From assembly GCA_964504195.1 (NCBI GenBank), contig CAZDDI010000012.1:13284-77283 (forward strand): a stretch of DNA of 64,000 bases. The letters are read 5' to 3'. The notes below the pieces were generated by a model that was given only the letters and a program-made list of their open reading frames with translations, had not been told where the DNA came from and ran no database searches. Source of the stretch: an uncultured Anaerolineales bacterium (GTDB lineage Bacteria > Chloroflexota > Anaerolineae > B4-G1 > SLSP01). The translations under genes were made by a program, and so were the position numbers. Below are positions 21,265 to 31,233 of this stretch, in pieces (the first letter of the stretch is position 1; every line of letters starts with the position of its first letter).

Positions 21265-22572
21265 TTACTGCATTCCAGCAACACAGGATTCGATGGCGCT
21301 TTGTGCGTCATCCATCGCTTCCTGCGGGGTCTGTATGCCGTTCCAGAGAGCGGTCGTGGCGTCGCCCACCGGGCCCCACTGGCAGTCAGCGAAGGGGTGG
21401 TTTGCCATCGGGGTACCGCGATTCAAAGATTCGCCGAACCCAGCAACCGAGTACAGTGCTTGTACTTCAGGATCATTCAGCGCCGCGGTATTGGCCGGGA
21501 TGGTCTTGTTGACCAGGCTCAGGCGCTTCTGCACCTCGGCGCTACCGAAGAATTGCATGACCTCGATGGTGGCCTCTGCGTTGCCGCGATCCACTGCATT
21601 TTGGGTCATCATGAAGACCTTGATGCCCACGAAGGGGCTGCCCATTGGGGCGATGCCGTAGTTGAAGCCGGTGGCTTCCAGGTCGGCGATGGCCCAGGGG
21701 CCGGTCCACCAGATGGCGGCTTGGCCTTCGGTGAGCATGGCCTGGCAGATTTCGTGGCTGGTCTCAGCCGGTGCAACTTGGCGGAATTCATTAAGCCACT
21801 CGGCGGCGGCGTAGCCCTCAGCGCTATTCATAAACGCATTGCCTTCGTCGTCAATGTAGCCCAGATACTCGCTCATGCCGTTGCCAAAGTAGATGGGGGC
21901 AACGTGATAAGCATCGGCGTTACCGAGGCCCTGATTGCACATGTAGTACAGGTCGGGGTTGTCGGCGCGGAAGGCTTCGGCCTTGGCGAGTAGGTCGTCA
22001 AAGCTGTCGGGGTTAGGCAGAGCAGATTCATCGAGCAGGTCAGCATTGTAGACCAACGCGATGCCTTCCTGCGCTTCGGGAATACCCCAGATCTCGCCAC
22101 TCCACACCATCGCATTGACTGCGGCGGGTTCGAAGGTGCTGTTGAGGTAGTTCATGTCAATCCAGGAATCCAGCGGGACGATGTAGCCGGCCAACGCATT
22201 GCGACCGATTGCATCTTGCGCCCAAGCCAGGATGTCGGGGCCTTCGCCCGCGGGGGCGGCTACGGCCAGGGAGTCCGAGAGGGCATCTACCTTTACCAGT
22301 TCGATCTGCACACACTCGTTCTCGGTGTTGAACTGTGCCGCAATGGCCTTGTACTCTTCTTCGTAGGCACCGGCCCAACCGTGCCAGACGGTCACGTTGA
22401 CGACCTCGCAACCTTCGACGGGGGGTTCTTGGGTGACGGGTTCTTGGGTCGCCGGAGCTTCGGTGGCGGGGACCTGGGTCGCTGGGGCGTCGGTGGGCTT
22501 AGGCCCACAGGCCGACAGCACTAGCCCGGCCAAAACCAGAACGGACAACAAAGTGAACAACTTTTTACTCAT
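21265..22572 (-). CDS. Maltodextrin-type ABC substrate-binding lipoprotein
   Basis: Lipobox LSAC, P/T linker, GEGPDI, TGPWAI. Confidence 0.9.
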   Translation of the reverse strand: MSKKLFTLLSVLVLAGLVLSACGPKPTDAPATQVPATEAPATQEPVTQEPPVEGCEVVNVTVWHGWAGAYEEEYKAIAAQFNTENECVQIELVKVDALSDSLAVAAPAGEGPDILAWAQDAIGRNALAGYIVPLDSWIDMNYLNSTFEPAAVNAMVWSGEIWGIPEAQEGIALVYNADLLDESALPNPDSFDDLLAKAEAFRADNPDLYYMCNQGLGNADAYHVAPIYFGNGMSEYLGYIDDEGNAFMNSAEGYAAAEWLNEFRQVAPAETSHEICQAMLTEGQAAIWWTGPWAIADLEATGFNYGIAPMGSPFVGIKVFMMTQNAVDRGNAEATIEVMQFFGSAEVQKRLSLVNKTIPANTAALNDPEVQALYSVAGFGESLNRGTPMANHPFADCQWGPVGDATTALWNGIQTPQEAMDDAQSAIESCVAGMQ

Positions 22573-22649
22573 CTTCTCCTCCTGCTAACTGAAATAGAAA
22601 GATATGGTTTGGGCGTGGGAACTCCACGCCTTTTTGGGACCGCAGTGTT

Positions 22650-22678
22650 ACTATATCATACCCGTTTATATTTGTCAA
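22650..22678 (-). promoter_or_regulatory. Sigma70 promoter of the sugar ABC operon
   Basis: TTGACA-17 bp-TATAGT with an extended TG. Confidence 0.75.
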
Positions 22679-22698
22679 GATAGCAATCTTTCAAAATG

Positions 22699-23526
22699 TT
22701 AGCAAACCGGTATGCGCGGCTCTTGCGGGGTGGTTTCGGGCAGCAGCGCGCGCGCAAACACCAGATAGCCGGTATGCCCTACCATGGTATCTGCTGGACG
22801 CAGGCGTCCGGGTGTGGGCTTGTAAGCGCGCAGGAACAGTTCTTCCACTTCAATGAAGCCGAAGTGGTTTTCTTCCAGGGCGTAAAGCAGCGCGACGATT
22901 TGATTGGTGGTAGGGACGAGCGCCCCGAAGAAGCCCCCGCCTTTCAGGGCCGCGTGTGCCTGCTGCAGGTAGTCGTGCGGCTCCCGCACGTCCAGGAATA
23001 GCGCATCTATATCGTGCTCGTCGAAGCCTTCTGCGATGTCCCGTACCTTGAATGTGACCCCCTCGGCTAATCCTACTGCCGCGAGGTTCTCGCGCGCCTG
23101 TTCTTGCATCTCGGCGCGCGCTTCGTAGGTGTAGATGTGGCCGTGTGGTAGCACCATCTGTGCCAATGCTAGCGTGAGCGCGCCGCTGCCAGTCCCCGCC
23201 TCCACCACCCGCGCGCCTGGTACAATGTTTAGCTTGAGCAACAGGTAGCCTATCTCTTTAGGGTAGACAATCTGAGTCTTCCGCTGGACGGAGCGGATCA
23301 ATTTTTCTAGTGACGGGGTGAGCAGCAGGTATGGATGGCCCAAATGGGTACGGAGGGTCTCGCCCCAGTGTAGCCCGATGAGCGCATCGTGGGCGATGAT
23401 GCCGCGATGGGTCTGGAACTGTGCGCCCGGTCTGGCGCGGATGAGAAATTCACGGCGGTCTTTTCCCACCAACAATACTCGGTCGCCCGCTTGAATGCGT
23501 GCGTTGCTTGCTTCTGTGTTTTCCAT
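22699..23526 (-). CDS. trmI: tRNA (adenine58-N1)-methyltransferase
   Basis: TQIVYPKE, VEAGTGSGALT, FLDVREP, HTGYL. Confidence 0.9.
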   Translation of the reverse strand: MENTEASNARIQAGDRVLLVGKDRREFLIRARPGAQFQTHRGIIAHDALIGLHWGETLRTHLGHPYLLLTPSLEKLIRSVQRKTQIVYPKEIGYLLLKLNIVPGARVVEAGTGSGALTLALAQMVLPHGHIYTYEARAEMQEQARENLAAVGLAEGVTFKVRDIAEGFDEHDIDALFLDVREPHDYLQQAHAALKGGGFFGALVPTTNQIVALLYALEENHFGFIEVEELFLRAYKPTPGRLRPADTMVGHTGYLVFARALLPETTPQEPRIPVC

Positions 23527-23649
23527 GATTTTTACGCTCCTTGATAAACCTGGCAGGTTTGTGAATTTCCAAACCTGGTTTTTCCATTTAGCCCAAATTG
23601 ATTATAATCAAGGTAACGAATACCTGCAACCGCGTAAAGGGGGTAAACT

Positions 23650-23991
23650 ATGGCGCAAGCCAAGGTAGATCGCATGGCGATAACGATTGTGGACGGGCAT
23701 CAAGCCCCAGCCTTGATGCGGGTGTTGCAAGCGGCTGGCTTCAAGACCACGCAAGTGGATGCGGTGGGGGGCTTTTTGCATGAGGGTTTGCATACCTTCC
23801 TTGTTGGTATGGAGCAGTCACAGATCGCTGAATTTGCGGCGCTGGTGCGGCGTTATTGCCCCAGCCGTACTCGCTATGTGCCCGTAGGCGTCGAGATGAC
23901 CTTGACCCCGGCTTATCCGTTGATGATTGAAGCGCGACTGGGCGGTGCTACGTTGTTTATTCTGCCGGTGGAGCAATTCTTGCAACTGTGA
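23650..23991 (+). CDS. PII-like cyclic-di-AMP receptor family (DarA/PstA) paralogue 1
   Basis: GGFLHEG, GGATLFILPVEQF. Confidence 0.75.
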   Translation: MAQAKVDRMAITIVDGHQAPALMRVLQAAGFKTTQVDAVGGFLHEGLHTFLVGMEQSQIAEFAALVRRYCPSRTRYVPVGVEMTLTPAYPLMIEARLGGATLFILPVEQFLQL

Positions 23992-24001
23992 GGTGATGAC
24001 T

Positions 24002-24268
24002 ATGAAATTGATGATTGCGATTGTGAAGGATGCCGACGCCTTACAGGTGACGGATCAATTGGTGGAGCAACAGTATCGTGTGACCCGCATCGCCAGCACT
24101 GGCGGATTTTTGCGTCGGGGCAATGTCACGCTGCTGGTGGGCCTGGAGGCCGAGCAGATTCCTGGGGTGTGTGATATTATCGCGGGCGCGTGCAGTGAGC
24201 CGGAACCTGGGCAATATAGAGCGACGATTTTTGTCCTACCGGCTGAAGATTTTCACCAAATCGGGTGA
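24002..24268 (+). CDS. PII-like cyclic-di-AMP receptor family (DarA/PstA) paralogue 2, short form
   Basis: MKLMIAIVKD.D, ASTGGFLRRGNVTLLVG, ATIFV. Confidence 0.85.
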   Translation: MKLMIAIVKDADALQVTDQLVEQQYRVTRIASTGGFLRRGNVTLLVGLEAEQIPGVCDIIAGACSEPEPGQYRATIFVLPAEDFHQIG

Positions 24269-25851
24269 TGCGTGTGGGGCGACGATTGAGCCGGTGGTCA
24301 TTACGCCTGCCATTTCTCCAGATGGATGGGCTGAGGGCGTTGTTCGTTGGTGGGCGTTGGAGCCAAAGTCTTCCCGCCCAGACGCGTGCTGCGTTGCGGT
24401 GGCTGCTGCTGGATGGGGTATTTGCCAGCATCAGCGATGGCATTATCAACACCTACCAATCCGTGTATTTGTTGGCGCTAGGCGCTTCACGCGGTGAATT
24501 GGGCGCGATGAGCGCGCTTTCCAATCTCGCTATCCCTCTGGCTATGTGGCCGGGGGCGCGTTTGGCGGCGCGTAGCGCTCAGTATAAGCGGGTTGTTATC
24601 CTGCCTGCGCTGCTGTCACGCTTGCTGATTCTGGGGTTGATACTGTTCCCTCTCTTTGGGCCATCACCCTGGCTCGTGTATATTGGCATTGGGCTGGTGG
24701 TGGTGCGTGCGTTCCTGGTGCAACTCTTCCATCCGGCCTGGACGGCTCTGTTGGGGAAGCTGACGCCTTTGCACGCGCGCGGACGCTACTTTAGTATGCG
24801 CAATATATTCATGGGAGCGGCAGGTTTTCTTACCCTGTTGTGTGTTGGGCCGTTGATTGATTGGCTTGGTGAGCCGACGGGGTATCAGTGGGCATTGGGA
24901 CTGGCATTGTTGTCCGGCTTGCTGGCGACGTATATGTTCAACCGTATTCCAGAAACCGCGCGCCCGGTACCTCCGCGTGTGCCGGGCCAATCGCGCGCTT
25001 TCTGGCGCGGCCTGAAAGCGCACCCGCGCTTCCTGGCCTTCTCGTTGATTTCTGGTGTCTGGAACTTCTCATTGCAAGTGGCCGGCCCTTTTTTCATGGT
25101 CTTTCTTGTCGAGCAAGTTCAGGCTCCCGCTGCCAGCATTGGGTTGACCGGTGCGGCGGCGAGTCTGGCGGCTTTACCGGGCCAGCGGGTCTTCGGTATG
25201 TTGAACGACCGCAAGGGTGCGCGATGGGTGCAGCGGCTGACCGGATTTATGATTCCGTTGGTACCGGCTGTCTGGGTGATGATCAGACAACCCTGGCAAG
25301 CGTATCCCATTCAAATTTTTAGCGGGTTCATGTGGGCGGGCTACAATCTGGCGGCCTTTAATTTGCTCCTGGAGATGACGCCGGATGAGGAGCGTTCTTC
25401 GTTCGTGGCCCTGTATCAGGCTGTGAGCGGGGTGTGCATGGCTGCTGGCGCGGCATTTGGCGGCTGGTTGGCCCAGACGCAAGGGTATAGCTACGTCTTT
25501 TTTGGTTCTGCAGGATTACGTTTTTTGGCGGCGCTGCTGTTTGCGGCGCTGGTGGCGGGCAGCCCGCAGTTGGGTGTGCCTCGGCTGCCGAAATTACCGG
25601 CGCTGCCGCGTCTGGCCTGGCGCGCGCGGCTGCATCTGGTTGAGGAACACTTGCGCTATGGGCTACAGTTGATTAGGGCCTGGTTACATCGGGCGCTTCG
25701 GTTAGTGCGAGCGTCTGTGCGTGGCTGGCTAGTGTTGGTGGGGGTGCGTGTGCGTGGCTGGCTTGCGCAGCGCCGCCGAGTGATAGAGGAGGAAGGTACA
25801 CAAGATGAACAACATGCCGACGGAACAACGGGCGTATCACGGGAAGATTGA
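24265..25851 (+). CDS. MFS transporter
   Basis: About 12 hydrophobic segments, RGRYFS.R; exact start uncertain. Confidence 0.8.
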   Translation: MMRVGRRLSRWSLRLPFLQMDGLRALFVGGRWSQSLPAQTRAALRWLLLDGVFASISDGIINTYQSVYLLALGASRGELGAMSALSNLAIPLAMWPGARLAARSAQYKRVVILPALLSRLLILGLILFPLFGPSPWLVYIGIGLVVVRAFLVQLFHPAWTALLGKLTPLHARGRYFSMRNIFMGAAGFLTLLCVGPLIDWLGEPTGYQWALGLALLSGLLATYMFNRIPETARPVPPRVPGQSRAFWRGLKAHPRFLAFSLISGVWNFSLQVAGPFFMVFLVEQVQAPAASIGLTGAAASLAALPGQRVFGMLNDRKGARWVQRLTGFMIPLVPAVWVMIRQPWQAYPIQIFSGFMWAGYNLAAFNLLLEMTPDEERSSFVALYQAVSGVCMAAGAAFGGWLAQTQGYSYVFFGSAGLRFLAALLFAALVAGSPQLGVPRLPKLPALPRLAWRARLHLVEEHLRYGLQLIRAWLHRALRLVRASVRGWLVLVGVRVRGWLAQRRRVIEEEGTQDEQHADGTTGVSRED

Positions 25852-26407
25852 TGCTGAGGATTTGGCGCGCGCGCTGGTGTTGACCTTCAACACCGGTGAG
25901 ACGCAAGCGCAATGGATGCGCGGCGAGGGCGGGCGCGCGGTGGTGCAAGTGCAAACGCGCCAGGTACGCCGGCGCGGGGCCACGTCGGCGCTAACCGTGC
26001 ATGTGGTCCCGGCCCCGCGTGGTGTGGTGGTGGCCGTGAGCGAGCAGGAATTGCTGGGCGTGGCTGCTGATTTGGCGCGCACCGGCGTCAGAGCGCTGAT
26101 GAATCCGTTGAGCGTGCTGGGCGAGATTGACGGGATCGCCCGCAACGTGCGGAGCCTCAACCTGCGCCAGGATGTGTGGAAAGCCGTGGATGCATTTTGT
26201 CGCAACGCCGGCGCGGCCACCGGCACGGGGCGCCAGGCCGAGATGGTGGTATGTGATTATTGTGGCACCCCCAACGATCTCGGCACGCTGAGTTGTCGCA
26301 GTTGTCGTGCGCCTCTGGCCGATGCGCAGCCCATCTCGTGTGGGCGCTGTGGCGCGCTCAGCCCGCCCCAAGCCCAGAACTGCGTCCAATGCGGCGCATT
26401 GCTGTAA
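25805..26407 (+). CDS. Double zinc-ribbon domain protein
   Basis: C-terminal CDYCG, CRSC, CGRCG, CVQCG. Confidence 0.75.
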   Translation: MNNMPTEQRAYHGKIDAEDLARALVLTFNTGETQAQWMRGEGGRAVVQVQTRQVRRRGATSALTVHVVPAPRGVVVAVSEQELLGVAADLARTGVRALMNPLSVLGEIDGIARNVRSLNLRQDVWKAVDAFCRNAGAATGTGRQAEMVVCDYCGTPNDLGTLSCRSCRAPLADAQPISCGRCGALSPPQAQNCVQCGALL

Positions 26408-26452
26408 ATTTCTAAAATCGCAAATCTAAAATCCAAAATCAGGGAGGTTCTC

Positions 26453-26848
26453 GTGGATAAGAAAATTCGGGTACTCATCGCCAAGCCCGGCCTTGATGGG
26501 CATGATCGCGGGGCCAAAGTAGTAGCGCGCGGCCTGCGCGACGCCGGCATGGAGGTCATCTACACCGGGCTACGGCAGACGCCCGCGATGGTAGCGGAAG
26601 CCGCCTTGCAAGAGGATGTGGATGTGGTAGGGCTTTCGATCCTCTCCGGCGCGCACCTGGCGCTCGTGCCGCGCGTGCTCGAAGAGCTGCGCGCGCGCCA
26701 GATTGAGGGCCTGCCGATGTTCGTGGGCGGCATCATCCCCCCCGATGATGTGCCGGTGCTCAAGGCGATGGGTGTGCAAGAAGTCTTTGGCCCGGGCACC
26801 ACCACCGAGACTGTGGTGAATTTCATCAATCAGGCAGTTGGAGCCTAG
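26453..26848 (+). CDS. Cobalamin-binding subunit of an acyl-CoA (methylmalonyl-CoA-type) mutase
   Basis: [29 protein letters not shown]. Confidence 0.93.
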   Translation: MDKKIRVLIAKPGLDGHDRGAKVVARGLRDAGMEVIYTGLRQTPAMVAEAALQEDVDVVGLSILSGAHLALVPRVLEELRARQIEGLPMFVGGIIPPDDVPVLKAMGVQEVFGPGTTTETVVNFINQAVGA

Positions 26849-27830
26849 CGTGGAGCTCGTCACCGCCGCTTTGGCTGGCGAACGGCGCGCTTTGGCACGG
26901 CTGCTTACCCTCGTCGAGAACGGCACGGCGGATGGGCAAACAGCCCTGGCCGTGCTCTATCCACACACGGGTCGGGCGCATGTCATCGGCGTCACCGGCT
27001 CGCCGGGTGCGGGCAAGAGCACGCTGGTGGGGCGGCTCGCTCGCGAACTGCGCAATCGTGACCTCACGGTGGCCATCGTGGCCGTAGATCCGTCCAGCCC
27101 CTACTCCGGCGGCGCGCTCTTGGGTGATCGCCTGCGGATGCGTGATCTGACCACCGATGCGGGCATCTTCATCCGCAGCATGGCCTCGCGGGGACATCCC
27201 GGCGGCGTAGCCCACGCCACCCGCGAGGTGGTGCAGACGCTCGACGCGGTGGGCTACCCGGTGGTCATCGTGGAGACGGTGGGCGCGGGGCAGGCGCAGG
27301 TGGATGTGGCGCGGGTGACGCATACGGTAGTGCTGGTGGAAGCGCCGGGCATGGGCGATGATGTGCAGGCGCTCAAGGCGGGCCTGATGGAGATCGCCGA
27401 TATTATCGTGGTCAACAAGGCCGACCGGCCCGAAGCCAAACTCACGTTGCGCTCGTTGCAGAGCGTGCATTCGTCGGTGGCTCCTGCAGGACACCATGGG
27501 CCGGGGGCCGGGGCTGAGAGCGATATGCCGCGCGCCGCGTGGGAAGTCCCCCTCCTGTTGACCAGCGCGTTGGAAGATACCGGGTTGAGCGAGCTGGCCG
27601 ATACGCTGGCGGCGCACCGGCGCTATCTGGAAGAGAGCGGGCAATGGGAGCAACGGCTGGCCGCGCTCGCCCGCGCCGAGGTGGAGACCTGGCTCCAGCG
27701 ACACCTGCTGGCCCTGCTCGATGCGCGGGTGGGCGCAGAACGCCGTGAGGCCGCCGTCGCCGCCGTGCTCCGCCGCGAGCAAGACCCCGCCTCTGTTGCG
27801 CGCGCTCTACTAGAAGAAGCGCTCGCATGA
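26838..27830 (+). CDS. meaB: Mutase-associated GTPase MeaB
   Basis: [36 protein letters not shown]. Confidence 0.93.
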   Translation: MEPSVELVTAALAGERRALARLLTLVENGTADGQTALAVLYPHTGRAHVIGVTGSPGAGKSTLVGRLARELRNRDLTVAIVAVDPSSPYSGGALLGDRLRMRDLTTDAGIFIRSMASRGHPGGVAHATREVVQTLDAVGYPVVIVETVGAGQAQVDVARVTHTVVLVEAPGMGDDVQALKAGLMEIADIIVVNKADRPEAKLTLRSLQSVHSSVAPAGHHGPGAGAESDMPRAAWEVPLLLTSALEDTGLSELADTLAAHRRYLEESGQWEQRLAALARAEVETWLQRHLLALLDARVGAERREAAVAAVLRREQDPASVARALLEEALA

Positions 27831-27900
27831 CGACGGACGACCGACGACGGACGACAGACTACAGAACAAAACGTGGTCTGTCGTCGGTTGTCCATCGTCA
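27829..27900. repeat. GACGACG/GACGACC heptamer repeat hairpin
   Basis: gacgacggacgaccgacgacggacgacagac ... gtctgtcgtcggttgtccatcgtc. Confidence 0.75.
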
Positions 27901-27927
27901 AAAAATAAGTCACTGTGGAGGTCACTC

Positions 27928-28572
27928 ATGACATTACGACTCTGGCTTGTACGCCACGCCCAATCCACCTGGAACGCTGCCGGGCGGATGCAAGGCTGGG
28001 CCGATCCGCCGTTGAGCGATGTAGGCCGCGAACAGGCGGCCTTGGCCGCGGCGCGGTTCGCATCCGAGCCACTCACGGCGATCTACACTAGCCCGCAGAT
28101 ACGCGCCGTTGAAACCGCGCAGGCCATCGGCGCAGTGTCCGGGTGTGAACCGATTCTCGATCCACGCTTGCGCGAGATCGGCGTGGGACAAGCGGAAGGC
28201 TGCTCGTGGGACGATTGGGCGGCACGCTGGCCGCAAGTCGCTACCGCCATCGCGCGCAGCGAGTTCGCGCTGGAACACGTTCCCGATTCCGAGCCGCTTC
28301 CGGACTTTCTCGCGCGTGTGGAGGCGGTATTCGCCGACATCCATGTGCAGCACGTCGAAGGGAACATCGCCGTCGTAGCGCATGGCGGCGTGTTTCGCGC
28401 GTACTTCGGGCAGCTGCTTAAAACCGCGCAACGCTACTGCGCTACGCTCACCTTCGGTAATGCCTCGCTTTCGCTGGTGACGTTTGCCCCCGATTCCTGG
28501 GCAAGCGTGCGCTTCATCAATGATACGTCGCACCTGCAAAATGGAGCGGGAGAAGTGTTGCGTGATGCGTGA
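27928..28572 (+). CDS. Histidine phosphatase (phosphoglycerate mutase/CobC-like)
   Basis: LVRHA, SPQIRA, VAHGG, NDTSHL. Confidence 0.9.
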   Translation: MTLRLWLVRHAQSTWNAAGRMQGWADPPLSDVGREQAALAAARFASEPLTAIYTSPQIRAVETAQAIGAVSGCEPILDPRLREIGVGQAEGCSWDDWAARWPQVATAIARSEFALEHVPDSEPLPDFLARVEAVFADIHVQHVEGNIAVVAHGGVFRAYFGQLLKTAQRYCATLTFGNASLSLVTFAPDSWASVRFINDTSHLQNGAGEVLRDA

Positions 28573-28653
28573 TTTTTTCTTCACGTTTCACAAAATTCGC
28601 CATTCGCCATTCGCTATTCGCCATTCGCCATTCGCTATTTGAGATTTGAGATT
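28560..28653. repeat. Compound heptamer repeats (GTGATGC hairpin, ATTCGCC x6, GAGATTT)
   Basis: attcgcc attcgcc attcgct attcgcc attcgcc attcgct atttgag atttgag. Confidence 0.85.
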
Positions 28654-28668
28654 TGCCGGAGGTAAGCT

Positions 28669-29220
28669 ATGTACTACGACGGAACCCTGATCCGCTTGCG
28701 CCCCTCGGAGCGCGCCGATTTGCCGCTGTTTGCGCAGTGGCTCTCCAACCCGGAGATGCGGGATTACGTTACCGTGCGCTATATGTCCCTGGCATTGGAA
28801 GAGCACTGGTTCGAGGGGCTGCTGCCCGATGTAGGCGGCGTTGCGCCAAGTCGGTTACACTTTGTCATTGAGACGCGCGAGGCTGCCCGACCCATTGGCG
28901 TCACCGGGCTGGAAGACTTCAACTGGCGCGACCGGGAGGCCGAAGTGGGCATCATCGTGGGCGACCCGGAGTTCTGGGGGCGCGGCTATGGCAGCGACGC
29001 GATGCGCGCCATCCTCAACGTGGGCTTCAACTGGTACAACCTGCATCGTATCTACCTGCGCGTGGTGGATGATAACGCTCGTGCCATCCGCTCCTACGAG
29101 AAATGTGGCTTTACCCATGAGGGCCGCTTCCGCGAGGCCGTGTTCATTGATGGCCGCTATCACGATTATCTGGTGATGGGAATGTTGCAACGCGAATTTC
29201 AGGCGCAAGCCGAGGAGTAA
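28669..29220 (+). CDS. GNAT N-acetyltransferase (RimJ/RimL/SpeG-like)
   Basis: WGRGYGSDA, N.RAIRSYEKCGF..EG. Confidence 0.88.
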   Translation: MYYDGTLIRLRPSERADLPLFAQWLSNPEMRDYVTVRYMSLALEEHWFEGLLPDVGGVAPSRLHFVIETREAARPIGVTGLEDFNWRDREAEVGIIVGDPEFWGRGYGSDAMRAILNVGFNWYNLHRIYLRVVDDNARAIRSYEKCGFTHEGRFREAVFIDGRYHDYLVMGMLQREFQAQAEE

Positions 29221-29223
29221 CTA

Positions 29224-29814
29224 ATGAGCACCTTCAATCCACAGGTAGAAGCCTGGTTACGGCAGGCCTTCAAGTATTTGAACCGTTTTATGTTGTTGCT
29301 GTGGCGCTTGGGACTTGGCCCTTGGCTTAGCCTGTGGCCTGATGTGGGCGGGCGCATCATGGTGCTCACGCACACGGGGCGCAAAACCGGACGCCAGCGG
29401 CACACCCCGCTCAACTACGCGCTGGTAGATGGGGAGCTCTACTGCACCGCCGGGTTCGGCGCGATTGCGGACTGGTATCGTAATCTCAAAGCCACCCCCA
29501 ACGTCGAAGTCTGGCTGCCGGAGGGTTGGTGGGCTGGCGTCGCGGAGGAAATCGCGCCGGAAGACCCCGCCGTGCGGCTGGCGCTGATGCGCGCCGTGCT
29601 ACGGGGCAGCGGCATCGTCGCGCCACTGATGGGGGTCAGTCCCAGCCTGCCCGATGTGGAACTTGCCGAGCGCACAGCGGAGTATCGCCTGCTGCACATT
29701 CGGCGCGTTGCCGAGCGCACCGGTCCCGCAGGCCCTGGCGACCTCGCTTGGGTTTGGCCTCTGGCGACAGTCCTCCTCTTGCCGCTGGCCTTGCGGAAAC
29801 GAAAGCGGGGGTAA
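29224..29814 (+). CDS. Deazaflavin (F420)-dependent nitroreductase family protein
   Basis: LTHTGRKTG..R.TPL, DWYRNL.A.P.V. Confidence 0.82.
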   Translation: MSTFNPQVEAWLRQAFKYLNRFMLLLWRLGLGPWLSLWPDVGGRIMVLTHTGRKTGRQRHTPLNYALVDGELYCTAGFGAIADWYRNLKATPNVEVWLPEGWWAGVAEEIAPEDPAVRLALMRAVLRGSGIVAPLMGVSPSLPDVELAERTAEYRLLHIRRVAERTGPAGPGDLAWVWPLATVLLLPLALRKRKRG

Positions 29815-31233
29815 ATGACACATCAAACACGCTTGCCGCTTGTGCCCAACGCACCGGTTGCTGATGAGCGCAACTATCAAGCTGCCCTGAAAACATTGCT
29901 AATGGAGGATCTGGATTTTCACGATAAAGGCAGCAGTTACGCTTCACACAATTTCCACTCGTTCCCGGCTAAATTTCCACCACAGCTGCCGCGTAAGTTC
30001 ATTCAAGAGCTTACATCGCCAGGCGACTATGTTTATGATCCAATGATGGGGTCTGGCACGACGCTTGTCGAGGCATTGCTATTGGGGCGGTATGCAGTGG
30101 GCAGCGATATAGACCCGCTGGCGGTACGCATCGCCAGAGTCAAGACACAACCGTTGGAAGTTATCACTGCTAGTGAAGTTGGGTGCGAGGTTGCCCAGCG
30201 CGCCCGAAATCTGGTGAACCAACACAGCGCAACATTGACGCAGGAATTAACCAGCCGATGGGACAAGCAAACGCGGGATTTCGTCAACTATTGGTTCATG
30301 CCGCAAACCCAACTTGAATTGCTGGCCTTGCTTAAAGAAATTGTACAAATCCCCGACGCCACGTTGCGCGCTTTTCTGGAACTGGCTTTTTCCGCTGTGA
30401 TTATCACTAAATCTGGCGGCGTATCATTGGCGCGTGATTTAGCGCACACCCGCCCCCATCGCGCCAAGATCGTCAAGACACCAGAAGGAGCCGTGCTTAT
30501 CGCTGAACCAGGCGCGCAAAATTCGGCGCGCGCTCAATACACGACCAAAGTGCTGCGCTCCCCCATCACGGAATTTAGTAAACGCTTACAACTAAACCTT
30601 GACGGCCTCAGCGCGGCTACCTGGGCTGGTGGGGAGAGTCTTATCGTGTTTGGGAATGCTGAGCGGGCACCCCTTGCACCCAATTCGATAGATTTGATTG
30701 TCACCTCCCCCCCGTATGCTTCCAACGCGATTGATTATATGCGCGCGCACAAGTTCTCGCTGGTGTGGTTGGGGCATAACATTGATAGCTTGAGCGAAAC
30801 GCGCAGCCGTTATGTGGGTGGAGAAGCCATTTCAGCCATGCACTTTGAAACATTACCCCCTAAGACGCAAGCCCTGGTCAACCAGATTTTGCATCTGGAT
30901 CGTAAAAAGGGACAGGTTTTGCATCGTTACTACTCGGAGATGACCCGTGTGCTAGGTGAAATGTGTCGAGTGCTGAAACCGGGCAAAGCAGCGATTGTGG
31001 TTGTGGGCAGTTCGGTCATGCGTGGGGTGGATACAGAAACACAGTACTGTTTAGCCGAAATTGGTGCGCAGGTAGGCTTTGCAGCTTCATATATCGGCGT
31101 GCGCCAATTAGACCGTGACCGGCGCATGATGCCTGCTGGGAATCGGATAGATCACACTTCGCAGATTCAACAACGGATGCACGAGGAATATGTCATAGGA
31201 TTTTACAAGCCTGAAGAGGTAGGAAAAGTATGA
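29815..31233 (+). CDS. DNA amino-methyltransferase, probably N4-cytosine, alpha order
   Basis: H.FPAKFPP, DPMMGSGTT (motif I) before TSPPY (motif IV). Confidence 0.85.
   Translation: MTHQTRLPLVPNAPVADERNYQAALKTLLMEDLDFHDKGSSYASHNFHSFPAKFPPQLPRKFIQELTSPGDYVYDPMMGSGTTLVEALLLGRYAVGSDIDPLAVRIARVKTQPLEVITASEVGCEVAQRARNLVNQHSATLTQELTSRWDKQTRDFVNYWFMPQTQLELLALLKEIVQIPDATLRAFLELAFSAVIITKSGGVSLARDLAHTRPHRAKIVKTPEGAVLIAEPGAQNSARAQYTTKVLRSPITEFSKRLQLNLDGLSAATWAGGESLIVFGNAERAPLAPNSIDLIVTSPPYASNAIDYMRAHKFSLVWLGHNIDSLSETRSRYVGGEAISAMHFETLPPKTQALVNQILHLDRKKGQVLHRYYSEMTRVLGEMCRVLKPGKAAIVVVGSSVMRGVDTETQYCLAEIGAQVGFAASYIGVRQLDRDRRMMPAGNRIDHTSQIQQRMHEEYVIGFYKPEEVGKV

Noticed and set aside
22702-22715. LacI-like palindrome GCAAACCGGTATGC upstream of the sugar ABC promoter
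   Set aside because: It lies inside the trmI 3' end, is imperfect, and no LacI gene is in the window; support is insufficient
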